Assembly: GCF_009914755.1 (NCBI RefSeq)
Contig: NC_060932.1
DNA from: the human T2T-CHM13v2.0 reference genome, Homo sapiens
DNA: 64,000 nucleotides
Reading direction: 5' to 3' (one strand)
Part shown: positions 20,967 through 34,448 of the stretch, piece after piece
Layout: every line of letters begins with the position of its first letter
Position numbering within the stretch: the stretch's first letter is position 1
The notes under the pieces: generated by a model
The model's input: the letters and a program-made list of their open reading frames with translations, nothing else
The model's database searches: none
What the model was told of the DNA's origin: nothing
Program-made: the position numbers and the translations under genes

Positions 20967-21619
20967 TGAATGTTAGGAGTCCAAAGGACATATTAAGTAA
21001 CAAATGACCACAATCTCTTTTTCTTCAGGTAGGTGATAGTACAGTTCTCTCAAAACAGTTTTGTATCTAACTCTGGTTAGCACAATTTGCCAATTGTACA
21101 CTCATGATTCTTTTTGAAAGATATCCCTCTCTCTACACTTAATTGTTGGTAACTTTAAAGTCCAATCATCTGTGAAAGAGCCACTTCTTCAGATGTCTTT
21201 CATTGAGCTATTTTGACCAATGGAAAAATTTTACTTCATTCTGCTGTAGAATATTTACTCACATAATACTACACTGACCCTTTTCCAGTTTGCCTGTTTG
21301 CTCAGTTTTTGTTTTCTAGAATCCTCATGCTTCTTTTAGGCTTCATCTTCCCTCTTGAAGTGTTGTTACTTGGCCATGTTTTCTATATTAGAAACACCAT
21401 GTTTCAGACAATGCTGTTAATTGAACCTTCACACACTTCCTGGATTCCAAATCTTCATTTTCCCTCTCATGCTTTTTCAAAATTTCCACAAACAAGCCAG
21501 AGATCTGTGCCAGTTCCACACTTTCCCCCATTTTCTTCAGTTCCCTGTGCTTGAAACTCACTCATTTGTTTTTTCACTTCTACTACAACAAATAGAAAAG
21601 AAGAACAAGGACCATATCT

Positions 21620-21910
21620 GTAGACACTTTAATATGTAAGTATCAAGGAGAAAAAGAAGAACCAAGTGAAACTGAGAAGGACCAACCAACAAAGGAGGGG
21701 AAAACCAAGAAAGTGGGGTATCCTAGATGCCAAGTGGAGAAATAGCAATTGTCCTCAATGCAGTTAAGGATATCTCATTTATCATGAGATGAAGACTGGA
21801 TATTGACCATTTGGTTTAGCCACACAGGTCACTGGTGACTTGGGGTAGAGTGGTTTGGGTGGAGTGATAAGATTGGTGCCTAACTGCAATGGGTTGAAGA
21901 GGAGATGGAA
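21620..21910 (-). mobile_element. L2 fragment
   Basis: ttgaccatttggtttagc...ggtcactggtgacttgg...gggttgaagag is typical reverse-strand L2. Confidence 0.65.
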
Positions 21911-22684
21911 TCTGTGTCTTGTTTCTTCATTAGGTAAATAAATTTCTCCCCCTCTCCCTGTTTCTTCAGTTCTGCATCTCTGCCAATCATCTCAGTCAAA
22001 ATTGAACCATCCAAGTAGCTAGAGCTGCAAAGGATGTTTCCTTAGAAAGTGGGAGAGATGGGGTTATTATATCTATTTTAATATGTTGTCTTCATCTCAT
22101 TCATTGGTCTGATCTGCTTGTAGAACCCCTGAAACCATGATTGTATTTTACCTCACCACTTAGCTTCAAGGTTAGCACTAAGTAGTTTAATTTTGGAGAC
22201 AGTTTTCTTACCCTTCTAATTCAGAGTGTTTTTCTTCCTATCAAATCAAATTCCAGCTGGGACTAGGATTTAAGGGGCTGAAATTATCAGGTTTTGTTTC
22301 AAGGCAGTTGGAAAAAAAATAGAGTTGATGGGAGTCTTGGGTTCTATCCCTGATTCTAAAATAATTACGTGATTCAGTCAAGTTCTTAGTTGTAAGGGTA
22401 TCTGGGCAAATTACTAAGAAAATGTTAGCTCTGAAGTGAGAGAGTCTTTCTGGTTTCCCATATCCATAAAAGTCAATGCCTTATTGCCCTCAGCTCTTCA
22501 CACAATTTTTAAAAAATCAACATATTCTTCCCAAATGTCTGAGGCGTTAGATAATATTATTCATGTTTTAGAGATTTGGAAATGGAAGCTAAGAGAGTGT
22601 AGGTGATTTACCATGTTTTAAAGTTGATAAGAAGGAGAACAATTTATGATTGCAAGCCATGAAGCCAAATGGCCTATGTCTGCA

Positions 22685-22875
22685 ATCATGGCTCTGTAAC
22701 TTACTAGCTGTGTGACCTTGGACAGTGACCTAAATCCTGAGACTCAGTTAATTTAACAGTGGAACGGGGCTAAGGCCAGCATTTGCCTATGGATTGTTGG
22801 GGACATTAACTGTGATAATCCAGGTAAAATGCTTCAATATTCCTCAGCATGCAGTATGTCTTCAATAAGTATTAA
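22685..22875 (+). mobile_element. MIR SINE
   Basis: acttactagctgtgtgaccttgg core. Confidence 0.75.
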
Positions 22876-23962
22876 CTCAGAATGAAATGTATTTCCTTTT
22901 CTCTTTAGTATCGGATCTGCCACTTGCATCTGAAGTATATACCAATTGACTATCTGGTCTTTTAAACCCCATTTTTATTTTGGAACTCTACTTGTTGGAT
23001 TATCTGACAAACTAAAACAGTTTTTAAGGAACAAATTAGTATAAAAGTAAGAGGAATTTTATCATTTTCTATCAATTTCCAATACCAAAACTAACAAATT
23101 GAGGCAGCTCAAATTTGAAAATGTGTAGAGAGGAAGATCACCACTAAATCACTTCATTTATTTTCTCTTTCAAAAATATATATTTGAAAAAAGGAAAATT
23201 GCATTAGAAAAAGGGCTGTTACCCTACTACATTTCCCCCAGTGATTGATTGTATTTTCTCCCAGGAATTGAAGAAAAGGAGAAGAGAATATAAGGGATGA
23301 TTGCATCAAAAGTGTGACACGAATAAAAGAATCAAGAAATCACATATGTCTGCACAGAAGTTAACTAATAAATCAAAAGCATGTTCTTAGCTAAGTCAGA
23401 TGTTTCTTTGAAACAGCATATGGTGCAATTCCAATATACTCTATATTCAGCTACCTAACAAGCTGTCTTGTTGCTTTCAACTAGTGAAAAATATGGCAGC
23501 ACAAATGTTTATAAGGCTGGTAAAATATTTTAACTTTATTTTATGCCCTGATTAGCTATTGCTGGCCTGGCAATTACATTGTAAAACCTAAAATCATAAA
23601 TGAAGAAAATAACCTGTTGGCAGGAGTGAACACTAATTGTTACAACGTCCTATATTAAACCTGTTCATAGTTTCTTTTTAGTAGTTATTTTGATGTAAAA
23701 TTTAACAAGTTTTCTTTTATGCCATATCAAGACTGTATTTTAAAAAGTTGTGGATTTAAATTTCTGCATCATTTGTAGAATTGAGTCATAAAATTAACAT
23801 TTTCATCATAGTTTTAACCAAATCAAATCCTCATGATGGAATCATGCCTTAATCAGGAAAGAATGAAGATTATAACCCTTAAAAATATTATGATGGTAGT
23901 ATCTTGCTATAAAGGATAAATAAATCCTAGTATAATTGAAGAAAAGTAGTTCACATGGAGTT

Positions 23963-24044
23963 TTACACTTTGAGATACTAAGAAGTTTGTGACCATGTGA
24001 AGGTTACACTTTGAAATACTAAAAAGTTTGTGACTATGTGAAGG
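23963..24044. repeat. 41-bp tandem duplication (2 copies, 3 mismatches)
   Basis: ttacactttgagatactaagaagtttgtgaccatgtgaagg followed by ttacactttgaaatactaaaaagtttgtgactatgtgaagg. Confidence 0.92.
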
Positions 24045-25019
24045 TGGCTGTGGGTGGATGTAACTTTGTAACCAAAGGAGAAACTACTATAATTAATTGA
24101 CAATAGTAGGAGAAATAATTTTCAGTGAATCATTATGCTCTCTGTTTTTTTCAGGATTATCTTTAGTTGCCATTATATTATAAGGTTAATGGGAGTCAAT
24201 GTCAAATCTGAAAACTATATTATACCCCCATACACACCTTGACCCAAAAATGCAACCACTCATGTTTTTTGGTCATTGATAACAAGTGGAACAGTCTTGT
24301 ACAGTAAATTGTTGAGCCCTGTATTTTATAAGACCCAAAAAAGAAGGAGAGTTGGAGGACATCAGTGAAAGGGTAATTTTGGAATAGAAAAGTGATAAGG
24401 GAGACATTGGTATAATTTTATATCCAGCTTTTTTACTCTCTCTACATGTGTAAATATGCAAGTTATTATGAATGAATACTCAAGACCACATTCAGCAGCA
24501 TCCATGGAGCACATGAGAAGTAAGAGTGAACTCTTTCCTACCTGTGTAGATACTTAAGTGTTCTGCGAGGGCCCTACCAATACTTTGCCAGGATTCTGAA
24601 AGCCATGTTTTTCTGCTTATTTCTTCTTATCATTAGCCTTACTCATTATTCCCCAAGGCCACTAATTCTGTGTTTATGTCTGTTCACAGCATATAGCTAA
24701 CATTAGTAGCTTATGAGAGCATGGTGCTGTCAGCAACAGCAAAACAACTAATGGAAATGTTATGCGAAAGCTCCAAATGGTCAGATGTTGGTGGGACTGG
24801 TCATATGTTGTAGAAGGTATTACTTGTGTGATTTTTCTTCCCCTCAGTTTCCTAAATAATGTATTTGAAAGAAAAGAAGAAAGAAAATGGCACCAGTGAA
24901 GTGTTTGCTCTGTGGTAGGTACTTGGCACACATCATCACAATCATTTTCCCAGTGATCCAAGCCCAAGACCAATTCTGTTCAACGTTGAAAAATAATTAA
25001 AAGACTTGGCACAATAACT

Positions 25020-25032
25020 TGCTGACTCAGCA
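25020..25032. promoter_or_regulatory. Perfect T-MARE / ARE motif TGCTGACTCAGCA
   Basis: Exact match to the palindromic Maf recognition element; function not shown. Confidence 0.5.
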
Positions 25033-27142
25033 TCAGGCCATCCACCTGAATGGCCTTGCCAATTGCTTGTGCTCCACTTGTAATAACTGGTGTTGTCAAG
25101 CCTTTGACTAAAAATGTGGCCTTTCCCTGGATCCTACTTAATTTCTCCATAACTTATCCTTGTCCTTGAATCTTATCCAGCTTTACCTAATACCAAACTC
25201 CTGAAGGCCTTTGCAACTTTTTCTGTTTGCATGTACAGACTTCTTGTTGCTTGCAGCTGCTTTCTACTGGTAGTTGGGTTCCATCTTCAGGAGCTGCTGC
25301 TCCAGGCTGGGTTGTCTGGCTGCTTGCATTTCTTTGTTTGCTGTAATTCCCTAACATGCCACATGTGGATTCAGAATTACTCTGCCTACTTTGGGATCCA
25401 TCCCTAGTAGCCTCCTCTTTTTATTCTTGTCAGCCTAACTTTACTGTCTGACCTTTGCTGTGTGCTATGGTTCTTTGATTATAAGAACAAGGAAGGACAG
25501 TATGTGCCGAGGGACTGGAAACACGACAGTGGTGAAAAATCTGAACTTTGGAGTTTTCTCTGCTTTGGAACTGTCCTGGAGAGATTCTTCCATTTCTATT
25601 TTTCCTTTCTAATTGTATGGAGAAGGGATTTGTTAAGCCTTGATTAATTCGAAGCTAGTGGGTATGTCATCTCACAGGTAGTGATTTTGGCAGCTATTTT
25701 GAGTTTATTCACATGTCAGTAGCTGTAATTGTAAGCTTCTTTCTTGTTAATTCCTGGAGTTGCCTGTCTTCTTCCCCTGCTGTAAAATTTTGTCCCTCTC
25801 TGAAACAGAACACATTTTTTCCCTGATATGCAAAGCACAGTCATTAATTTCTCACTTAGTGATGATTCATTAATCATAGAAGGGCATGTAAGCTTCAGTA
25901 AAAGCAACTCCTTTAATGTAATTTAACGAACATTTATTGAGTGTTTAATGTGCAAAGCAAAGCGCAAAGCATGAGACCAAAGAGACCCAGTTTGGGTGAT
26001 ATGTAAATTATTTTTCATCAGGATAAGTGTTTAATAAACTTTTCTGAATCGAATCTAATTGGCAGAGACTTTATTAGGGCTTTCAGTTTAGATAATAAGT
26101 TCTAAGATAAACTGCTTAGTAATACACTTAAAAGAAACATATTCAGAATGTTTCCATAGAGAATAAATAACTATTTTGGGAAGTAACTAATCTATAGTTC
26201 ATATTCCACTAAAAACAGTGTCTAGTCAATATTAAAACCTGCAAAAAACCACTGGCTGTGCTTTCCTTGTGTGCTCTGTTTCTTCTTTGTAGTTTCCAGT
26301 ATGTAGGAATAATACAGGGCTATAATCAGAAACACAGAGATGAAATGATATTTGAGCAAAACTAAGATACAGTGTGAAGTGGTTATTTTATTTAAATATA
26401 TGTTAAATCACAGAATCATGAAACGTTAGGAAAGATGACAACCTGGGGATCAATCCAATTTCAATCATTTTACAGGTAAGGAGGCTCAGATCCAGGGAGA
26501 AGACGTGATTTGCCTACGGTTGCACAACTAGCTGGAATTAGAAACCAGCTTGTGGTTTATATCTGAAGTTGTTAAACATGACTCTTTGGATGGTAAGAAA
26601 TGGAAAACAGTTCAAGCTAACTTTTGGAAAATTTGGGGTCACACCATTAAGAAGTCAGTGAATTGCAGTCATGGCTTGATCTAGGGGTATCAATGTTTGT
26701 AGTTTCATTCACTTCTCTCTCTCTCCATCTTCAGAATTGACTTCTTTCTCTAGTGGCCTTATTTACTCCTACTGGGGACAGGCTTCACTCAAAACAACAA
26801 AAACAATGGTTTCAAAGCCTAGTAAATTAGAAAAAAGGTTAATTTTTTTAAGTTTCATATAATTAAAAATAATATAGTTGAAACTTGACTTAATACTAAC
26901 GACTTAATACTTTTGGAATGTTGCAAAAAAGTGGGAGGTATTGATGAGGAAATTGTTTACTATATTGGATGTTATTGCAAACATTGAGTAATTTTTGTCA
27001 GCATACTATACTCTCCTCTTTCCATAACCTTCCCCCAATGCTTCAAACATATCCACTAATAATTAGCAAACCCACCTTTCGTACTCTGTCTTCACCCCTC
27101 TTATTGTCAACTGTAAAAATCCAGATAAACAGCATAAAAATC

Positions 27143-27180
<38 letters not shown>

Positions 27181-27183
<3 letters not shown>

Positions 27184-27629
27184 ATAGGTGTTTGGGAAAT
27201 GGGAGGTATTTGGTTACATAAGATTTTTAGTGGTTATTTGTGAGATTTTGATGCACTCATCACCTGAGCAGTATATGCTGAACACAATTTGTAACCTTTT
27301 ATCACTCACTCCTTTCCCAACCCTTTCCCGTGAGTCCCTAAAGTCCATTGTATCATTCTTATGCCTTTGCATCCTCATAGCTTAGCTCCCACTTATGAGT
27401 GAGAGCATATGATGTTTGGTTTTTCATTCCTGAGTTACTTCACTTAGAATAATAGTCTCCAATCCCATCCAGGTTGCTGTAAATGCTGTTAACTCATTAC
27501 TTTTTATGGCTGACTAGTATTCCATCATATATATATATACATATATATGTATATATATGTATATATGTATATATATGTATATATATGTATATATATGATG
27601 TAATGATATATATACGAGATATATGATTT

Positions 27630-27666
<37 letters not shown>

Positions 27667-29503
27667 CAGTTTATCTGCTTGATTGATAGGCATTTGGGCT
27701 GCTTCCATAGTTTTGCAATTGCAAATTGTGCTGCTATAAACATGCATGCACAAGTATCTTTTTCTGATAATGACCTATTTTCTTCTGGGTAGGTACTGGG
27801 ATTGCTGGATCAAATGGTATTTCTACTTTTCGTTCTTTAAGTAATCTCCACACTGTTTTCCATACTGGTCGTACTAATTTACATTCCCACCATCAGTGTA
27901 GAAGTGTTCCCTTTTCACCGCATCCACACCAACATCTATTATTTTTTGATTTTTTTATTATGGCCATTCTTTCAGGAGTAAGGTGGTATGCGATCATCTC
28001 AATAGATGCAGAAAAAGCATTTGACAAAATCCAGCATCCCTTTTTGATTAAAACCCTCAGCAAAATTTGAATACAGGGGACATACATCAATGTAATAAAA
28101 ATCATCTATGAGAAACCCACACCAACCTAGTACTGAATGGAGAAAAGTTGAAAGGATTCCTTCTGAGAAGTGAAACAAGACAATAATGCCCACTCTCACC
28201 ACTTCTATTCAACATAGTACTGGAAGTCCTAGCCAGAGCAGTCAGACAAGAGAAAGAAATAAAGGCATCCAAATTGGTAAAGAGGGAGTGAAACTGTCAC
28301 CGTTTGCTAATGATATGATTGTATACCCAGAAAACCCTCAAGACTCCTCTGAAAAGCTCCTAGAACTGATAAATAAAGTCAGCAAAGTTTCAGGATACAA
28401 ACTTAATTTACACAAATCAGTAGCTCTGTTATACACCAACAGCGACCAAGCTGAGAATGAAATTAAGAACACAACCCCTTTTACAATAGCTGCAAAAAAA
28501 AAAACATAAAAAAATACTTAGGAATATACCTAACCAAGGAGGTGAAAGACCTCTACAAGTAAAACTACAAAGCACTTCCAAAAGAAATTATAGACTACAC
28601 AAACAAATGGAAACATCTTCCATGGTCATGGATGGATAGAATCAATATTGTGAAAATGACTATACTGCCAAAAGCAATCTCCAAATTCAATGCAATTCCC
28701 ATCAAAATACCACAGTTATTCTTCACAGAACTAGAAAAATAATCCTAAAATTCATTTGGAACCAAAAAAGAGCTCCCACAGCAAAAGAAAGCTAAGCAAA
28801 GAGAATAAATCTGGAGGCATCACATTATGTGATTTCAAACTATACTATAAGGCCATAGGCACCAAAACAGTATGGTACCAATATAAAAATAGGCACATAG
28901 ACCAATGGAACAGCATAGAGAACCCAGAAATACAGCCAAATACTTACAGCCAACTGATCTTTGACAAAGTAAACAAAAATATAAAGTTGGGAAAGACACC
29001 GTATTCAACAAATGGTGCTGGGATAATTGGCAAGCCACATGTAGGAGAATGAAACTGAATCCTCATCTCTTACTTTATACTAAAATCAACTCAAGAAGGA
29101 TCAAGGACTTAAATCTAAGACCTGAAACTATAAAAATTCTAGAAGATAACATCGGAAAAACCCTTCTAGACATTGGCTTAGGTAAAGATCTCATGACCAA
29201 GAGCCCAAAAGCAAATGCAACAAAAACAAAGATAAATAAGTAGGACTTAATTAAACTAAACAGTAAGCAGAGTAAACAGACAACCCACAGAGTGGGAGAA
29301 ATCTTCACAATCTATACATCTGACAAAAAGACTAATATCCAGAATATACAAGGGAATCAAACAAATTAATGAGAAAATAATAAACAATCCCTTCAAAAAG
29401 TGGGCTAAGGACATTAATAGACAATTCTCAAAAGAAGATATGCTAATGACCAACAAACATAAGAAAAAATGCTGAACAGCACTAATGATAAATGAAATGC
29501 AAA
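27181..29503 (-). mobile_element. L1PB-like element with inverted 5' part (27181-27989 minus 3' end; ~27990-29503 plus ORF2)
   Basis: L1PB-type 3'UTR in reverse joined to forward ORF2 remnants (FANDMIVY, ORFs 28186-29243); the two parts are nearly contiguous in L1 coordinates. (TA)n tracts at 27143-27181 and 27527-27663. Confidence 0.88.
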
Positions 29504-29532
29504 GAAAAATATCTTATTAAAAAAAGGTTCAC

Positions 29533-29734
29533 AGCCTGGGCAACATAGTGAGACCTTGTCTCTTACAAAAAAAAAAAAAGCCAGGCGTGGTGGCACATGC
29601 CTGTAGTCTCAGCTAGTCTCGAAACTGAGGTGGGAGGATCACATGAACCTGGGAAGAAGCAGCTGCAGTGACCTGTGATAGCATCACCACACCCCAGCCT
29701 GGGTGACAGAGAAAGAAACCACGTCAAAAAAAAA
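29533..29734 (+). mobile_element. 5'-truncated old Alu (AluJ-like)
   Basis: agcctgggcaacatagtgagacc, right monomer and A tail. Confidence 0.85.
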
Positions 29735-30619
29735 TTGTTTAGGTGCCTTTATATTTATTTGATTCTGGTTTATGTTCATGCTAATTATATTGTAATAAAT
29801 ATTATTGAGTTAATAAAGTAATGGGTAATTTGCTTAGAACTTTCCTACATACATTAAAAGCACTATTAGTTTTTTTTTAAATAAAGAAGTAAAAACGTTT
29901 TGAAAGTTCGTCTTCTTTAATGTGATTATTTTGTGCCTGTGCATGATCAAATTCAGTCATTATAGTTCAAGGCGTTACATACTCATTGAACACTTATAAA
30001 GTTCTTTTTAGAATGAGTTGTCAAATAAATGAGAACATACAGATATATGTTGACTCGCACATTTATAAACAAACAAACATCTGACCTGGAGGCAAAGAAA
30101 ACTAACAGTTCTCAACCACTTCTAGTCTTTATTGCTAATTAATAATTCTACCTTTATAATGTAGATGTTATTCCGAGGTAAATTATTAAGTAATTAGCCT
30201 ACTATAATATTAAGGGGGGAAGCTCAGTCTGATAGTGTAGACTTACTTAAACTTCTAAGTCTCCATCCTCATTGGAAAACTAGTGATAGTAATAGGATCT
30301 AAATATGTGCCAGACAGAAAGAAAACACCCACATTTGATTGCAAATCCCAACCTGCTTTCTTTCATTCTTATTTTGTATACCTCAAGCTGGAGCATGCAA
30401 ACCACTGTATTTCTCCCCACTCACACACACATTTATGCACAAGGGAATGTGGCAGTTTGTCATAAGTGACAAGTCAAAAGATAAATAAAGCAAATCATAC
30501 TCCAGCACATTTACATACAAAAGTTTCTGAAGAAAGTTAAATAATTTAACTACCAAATAATGTACAGTGTTTTAAAGATCAAAAGAAGCATAGATATATT
30601 ATAGCTCCCTATTTCCCTA

Positions 30620-31390
30620 GTTCCTATGATTCATTTGAATATTCTAGCCAGACCTTAGAAGCTCAATTCTGTGAGTTCATCATTTTCAGTTATCTTCGTT
30701 CTTATTACCATGGTCATCTCACTCCATAGAAATATTCTGGATCTGAAGGAATTTTGAATTCCTTTGCCACTGAGAGATTAAGTTATAATATCTTATTCTT
30801 AGCACAATGTCTTAGTTTCCTAACTCATTCTTTGAGAGCTCTGTGTCTAGAAATCTGTTCTTTCTTCCTATTACTCTCTTTTCTTTCTAGCCTCTGGATG
30901 AGGCTTATTTTTTCTCAGAGTAGACTCTGTTAATGTCTCCAGTTCTCTTCACCTGTTATCTGCTACTGTCTGTGTGCTGTGACCTTCAATCTTTCTCCAT
31001 CTACCCAAACTCTATATTCCACTAGAACTAAAAGTACTGGAAGTTCCATGAATGTGCCCTGCTGGTATGAGTTTTTGTTCCTTTGCTTGTGCCACTCTGT
31101 ACTTGAAATGCCTGTCATACAAAGGTACATTTAATTTTAAAGTCTTTTGGTGAAAAATTTCTGTGAAAACTTTCCCCCTAGATTAAATATATTACTCATT
31201 TATTTGGTGCCCCACAGTGATCTGTATCCATTACGGCACAGCACACATTACACTTGTTTCCATTTTTTTGATGTTTATGTCTGCCTTCCATGGCTGTTTA
31301 ATTTCTGTGGGCTCAGCATCAGTGTAGTGCCTAACATATAGCAGTCAGTTAATAAGTATTTATTGGATACATTTTTTAAATGAATTAAGC
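30620..31390 (+). mobile_element. L2 fragments
   Basis: Ends agtgcctaacatatagcagtcagttaataagtatttattg...aatgaat, an L2 3' terminus. Confidence 0.55.
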
Positions 31391-31634
31391 AAGGAGAAAT
31401 GCTATTTCCCTGGAAAAAATACAGTTTTTATTTTTCCAATAGTAAGGCATATGCAACTTTCACCGTCCCTGCCCTCTTTTCTCTGGCAACTGGGAAGGAA
31501 GGGGCACGTGTGAGAACAAAAGTTATTAGCTATGTTGACCCTCATTGTTGGTAATTTGAATTCTCTATTTTCTCCTATCAAGAGATTTGCATTATTAATT
31601 TTAGATTATGTGATTTTTAAAAACAAGTTATACA

Positions 31635-31637
<3 letters not shown>

Positions 31638-31666
<29 letters not shown>

Positions 31667-31676
31667 CATGTGTGTG
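31638..31676. repeat. (TG)n microsatellite
   Basis: Direct reading. Confidence 0.95.
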
Positions 31677-32469
31677 CAGAAAGAGGTGGATAAAGTATTT
31701 CAATAGGTACTATTTCAGAAAATAATATTTTTCTTGATACTTTCTGATGCTTATAAATGTACTAGATTATTAAATTTTTTCAATATGCTATAAAATACAT
31801 TTCTAAGATTACTATTTTATATGGAAGAAGATTTTCATATTAAAAAAGAGTATTGCAGCACCAATAAGGTAATTTTACTATTTTAAAATGTATGATTAAA
31901 ATAAATGCACTGAAATATAAATATCTCAAATAAATATAATACTTAATTCCGTAAACTTTAATTTTCTTGCTGTCAACATTACCTATGGCTCCTGAAAATG
32001 TCCAGTCAAATATTTAGAATGAAATGCACAAATAGTATTGTAATAGACAAAGAAGCTCAAGGTCTATGATGTAGATTTTGGGGAAATTTAGGGAAAAACA
32101 TTGAAATATGTGAATTCATTTTCACATAGAAAAAATAAGTAGAAAAACATACCAAGCCAATCACTTAAGTCTGAAAGTTTAGTACATTTGGTTTTCACAT
32201 CAGAGATAGCTAGCTAATTATGTCAAATGTTGGTATATATTTTAAAGTTTTATGAATAGTAATGAAACAGGTCTATGATCTAATCCATCATAGTTAGGCA
32301 TATCAACTGTATAATTTGCAGTATGTTAATCTAATAAAATATATTGTATGTATGTATAAATTTTGGAAACTCTTAGAATGAGTGAATTCATGGTTTATTA
32401 TATAATTCACATTTACTATAAACAGAGTAGAATTGATATTAGTACTATTGATATATTTTGGACAGTTAG

Positions 32470-32710
32470 CAGTGGTGTGCTGGTAAATGTTTAGTAATTT
32501 GCTCTCTGAGGGAAAAATTCCTAATCTGTAATACTTGCCAGTTTCTGTGGTGTAAATGCATCTACCCCAGCCAATTTCAAGTACTAATGTGAGGCCGCTG
32601 AATGCAGAATTAGGATTCTGCATTCATAATTAGGAATGTGCATTCCGCTGAATGCTTCAGCACAGGAGTCATCTCTTGTGAGCTCCATAAGCCAGCTCCA
32701 GAATACTGCC
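32470..32710 (-). mobile_element. MER63A-like hAT-Blackjack MITE
   Basis: cagtggtgtgctggtaaatgttta... and ...agccagctccagaatactg are the MER63 termini. Confidence 0.75.
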
Positions 32711-32890
32711 AAATTCTTATGCTTCTGGAGATATCTAGTAGCAGCTCACTGTTTTGATTTAGATACTTGTAATAAAGTGATGAAAGAAGCCATTGTATAT
32801 GTGGGACAGATTACCCTGAAAAGCTGTACTCAAGGATACATTTTCTTTCTCTGAATTTCCTTTAGCGATTATAGTCAATGAAATTTAAGT

Positions 32891-32918
32891 TATCTATCTA
32901 TCTATCTATCTATCTATC
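32891..32918. repeat. (TATC)n microsatellite
   Basis: Direct reading. Confidence 0.92.
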
Positions 32919-33194
32919 ATTTTGCTAATTAGGTATGAGGCAGTAGTAATTTTCTAAGAAATACATAGAAATTTTTGAATGTGAGAAGGCTTTATATACA
33001 TCCTTTGTGTTGTCTGGGCTGCTTGAGCATAGCTTTTTAATTGGGGCCTATCATTTGTTTGCTTTGATAGGTCTCAGAGAATGAGAAAATATTAATTTCT
33101 AAGCATGTTCTGTTTGAATGCACACTATCATTGATAAGACATAGTGACACATTAGTACTTACTTTTCTTTATTCAGATTTTAAAAATTTTTCCA

Positions 33195-33393
33195 GGATCC
33201 TCCCACCTAACCCTCCTGAGTAGCTGGGACTTTCAGGCATGTGCCATCATACGCAGCTAATTTTTTGTATTTTTGGTAGAGATGGGTTTCACCATGTTTC
33301 CCAGGCTGGTCTTGAACTCTTGATCTCAAGTGATTCACACACCTCGGCCTCCCAGAGGGCTGGGATTGCAGACGTCAGCTGCTGTACTTGGCC
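33195..33393 (-). mobile_element. Partial Alu (AluJ-like)
   Basis: Left monomer plus part of the right monomer; ctcaagtgat diagnostic. Confidence 0.85.
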
Positions 33394-34448
33394 TCAATGC
33401 TGTTAATTTTTTTTATATATGGGGTGGTTCCAAGATGGCCAAATAGGAACAGCTGCAGTCTACAGCTCCCAGCGTGAACAACGCAGAAGACGGATGATTT
33501 CTGCATTTCAAACTGAGGTGACCAGTTCATCTCACAGGGGATTGTTAGACAGTGGGTGCAGGACAGTAGGTGCAGTGCACCGAGTGTGAGCCGAAGCAGG
33601 GTGAGGCATCGCCTCACCCGGGAAGCACAAGGGGTCAGGGAATTCCTTTTCATAGCCAAGGAAAGGGGTGACAGACGGCACCTGGAAAATTGGGTCACTC
33701 CCACCCTAATACTGCACTTTTCCGATGGTCTTAGCAAATGGCACACCAGGAGATTATATCCCGTGCATGGCTCGGAGGGTCCTATGCCCATGGGAGCTTC
33801 CCTCATTCCTAGCACAGCAGTCTGAGATCAAACTGCAAGGTGGCAGTGAGGCTGGGGGAGGGGCGCCCATCATTGCTGAGGCTTGAGCAGGTAAACAAAG
33901 CGGCCAGGAAGCTTGAATTGGGTGGAGCCCACCACAGCTCAAGGAGGCCTGCCTGCCTCTGTAGACTCCACCTCTGGGGGCAGGACATAGCCAAACAAAA
34001 GGCAGCAGAAACCTCTGCAGACTTAAATGTCCCTGTCTGACAGATTGGAAGACAGTAGTGGTTCTCCCAGCACACAGCTTGAGATCTAAGAATGGACAGA
34101 CTGACTCCTCAAGTGGGTCCCTGACCCCCAAGTAGCCTAACTGGGAGGCACCCCCCAGTAGGGGCAGACTGACACCTCACATGGCCAGGTACCCCTCTGA
34201 GACAAAACTTCCAGAGGAATGATCAGGCAGCAACATTTGCTGTTCACCAATATTCACTGTTCTGCAGCCTCTGCTGCTGATACCCAGGCAAACAGGGTCT
34301 GGAGTGGACCTCCGGCAAACTCCAACAGACCTGCAGCTGAGGGTCCTGACTGTTAGAAGGAAAACTAACAAACAGAAAGGACATCCACACCAAAACCCCA
34401 TCTGTACATCACCATCATCAAAGACCAAAGGTAGATAAAACCACAAAG

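Noticed and set aside
23963-24044. Short direct repeats as a CRISPR-like array
   Set aside because: Only two abutting copies, no spacers, eukaryotic context and no cas genes.
26460-26482. ttttacag|gtaagg recursive splice-like motif
   Set aside because: It lies in a MIR-like core (ttttacagatgagg), has a poor pyrimidine tract and has no independent support.
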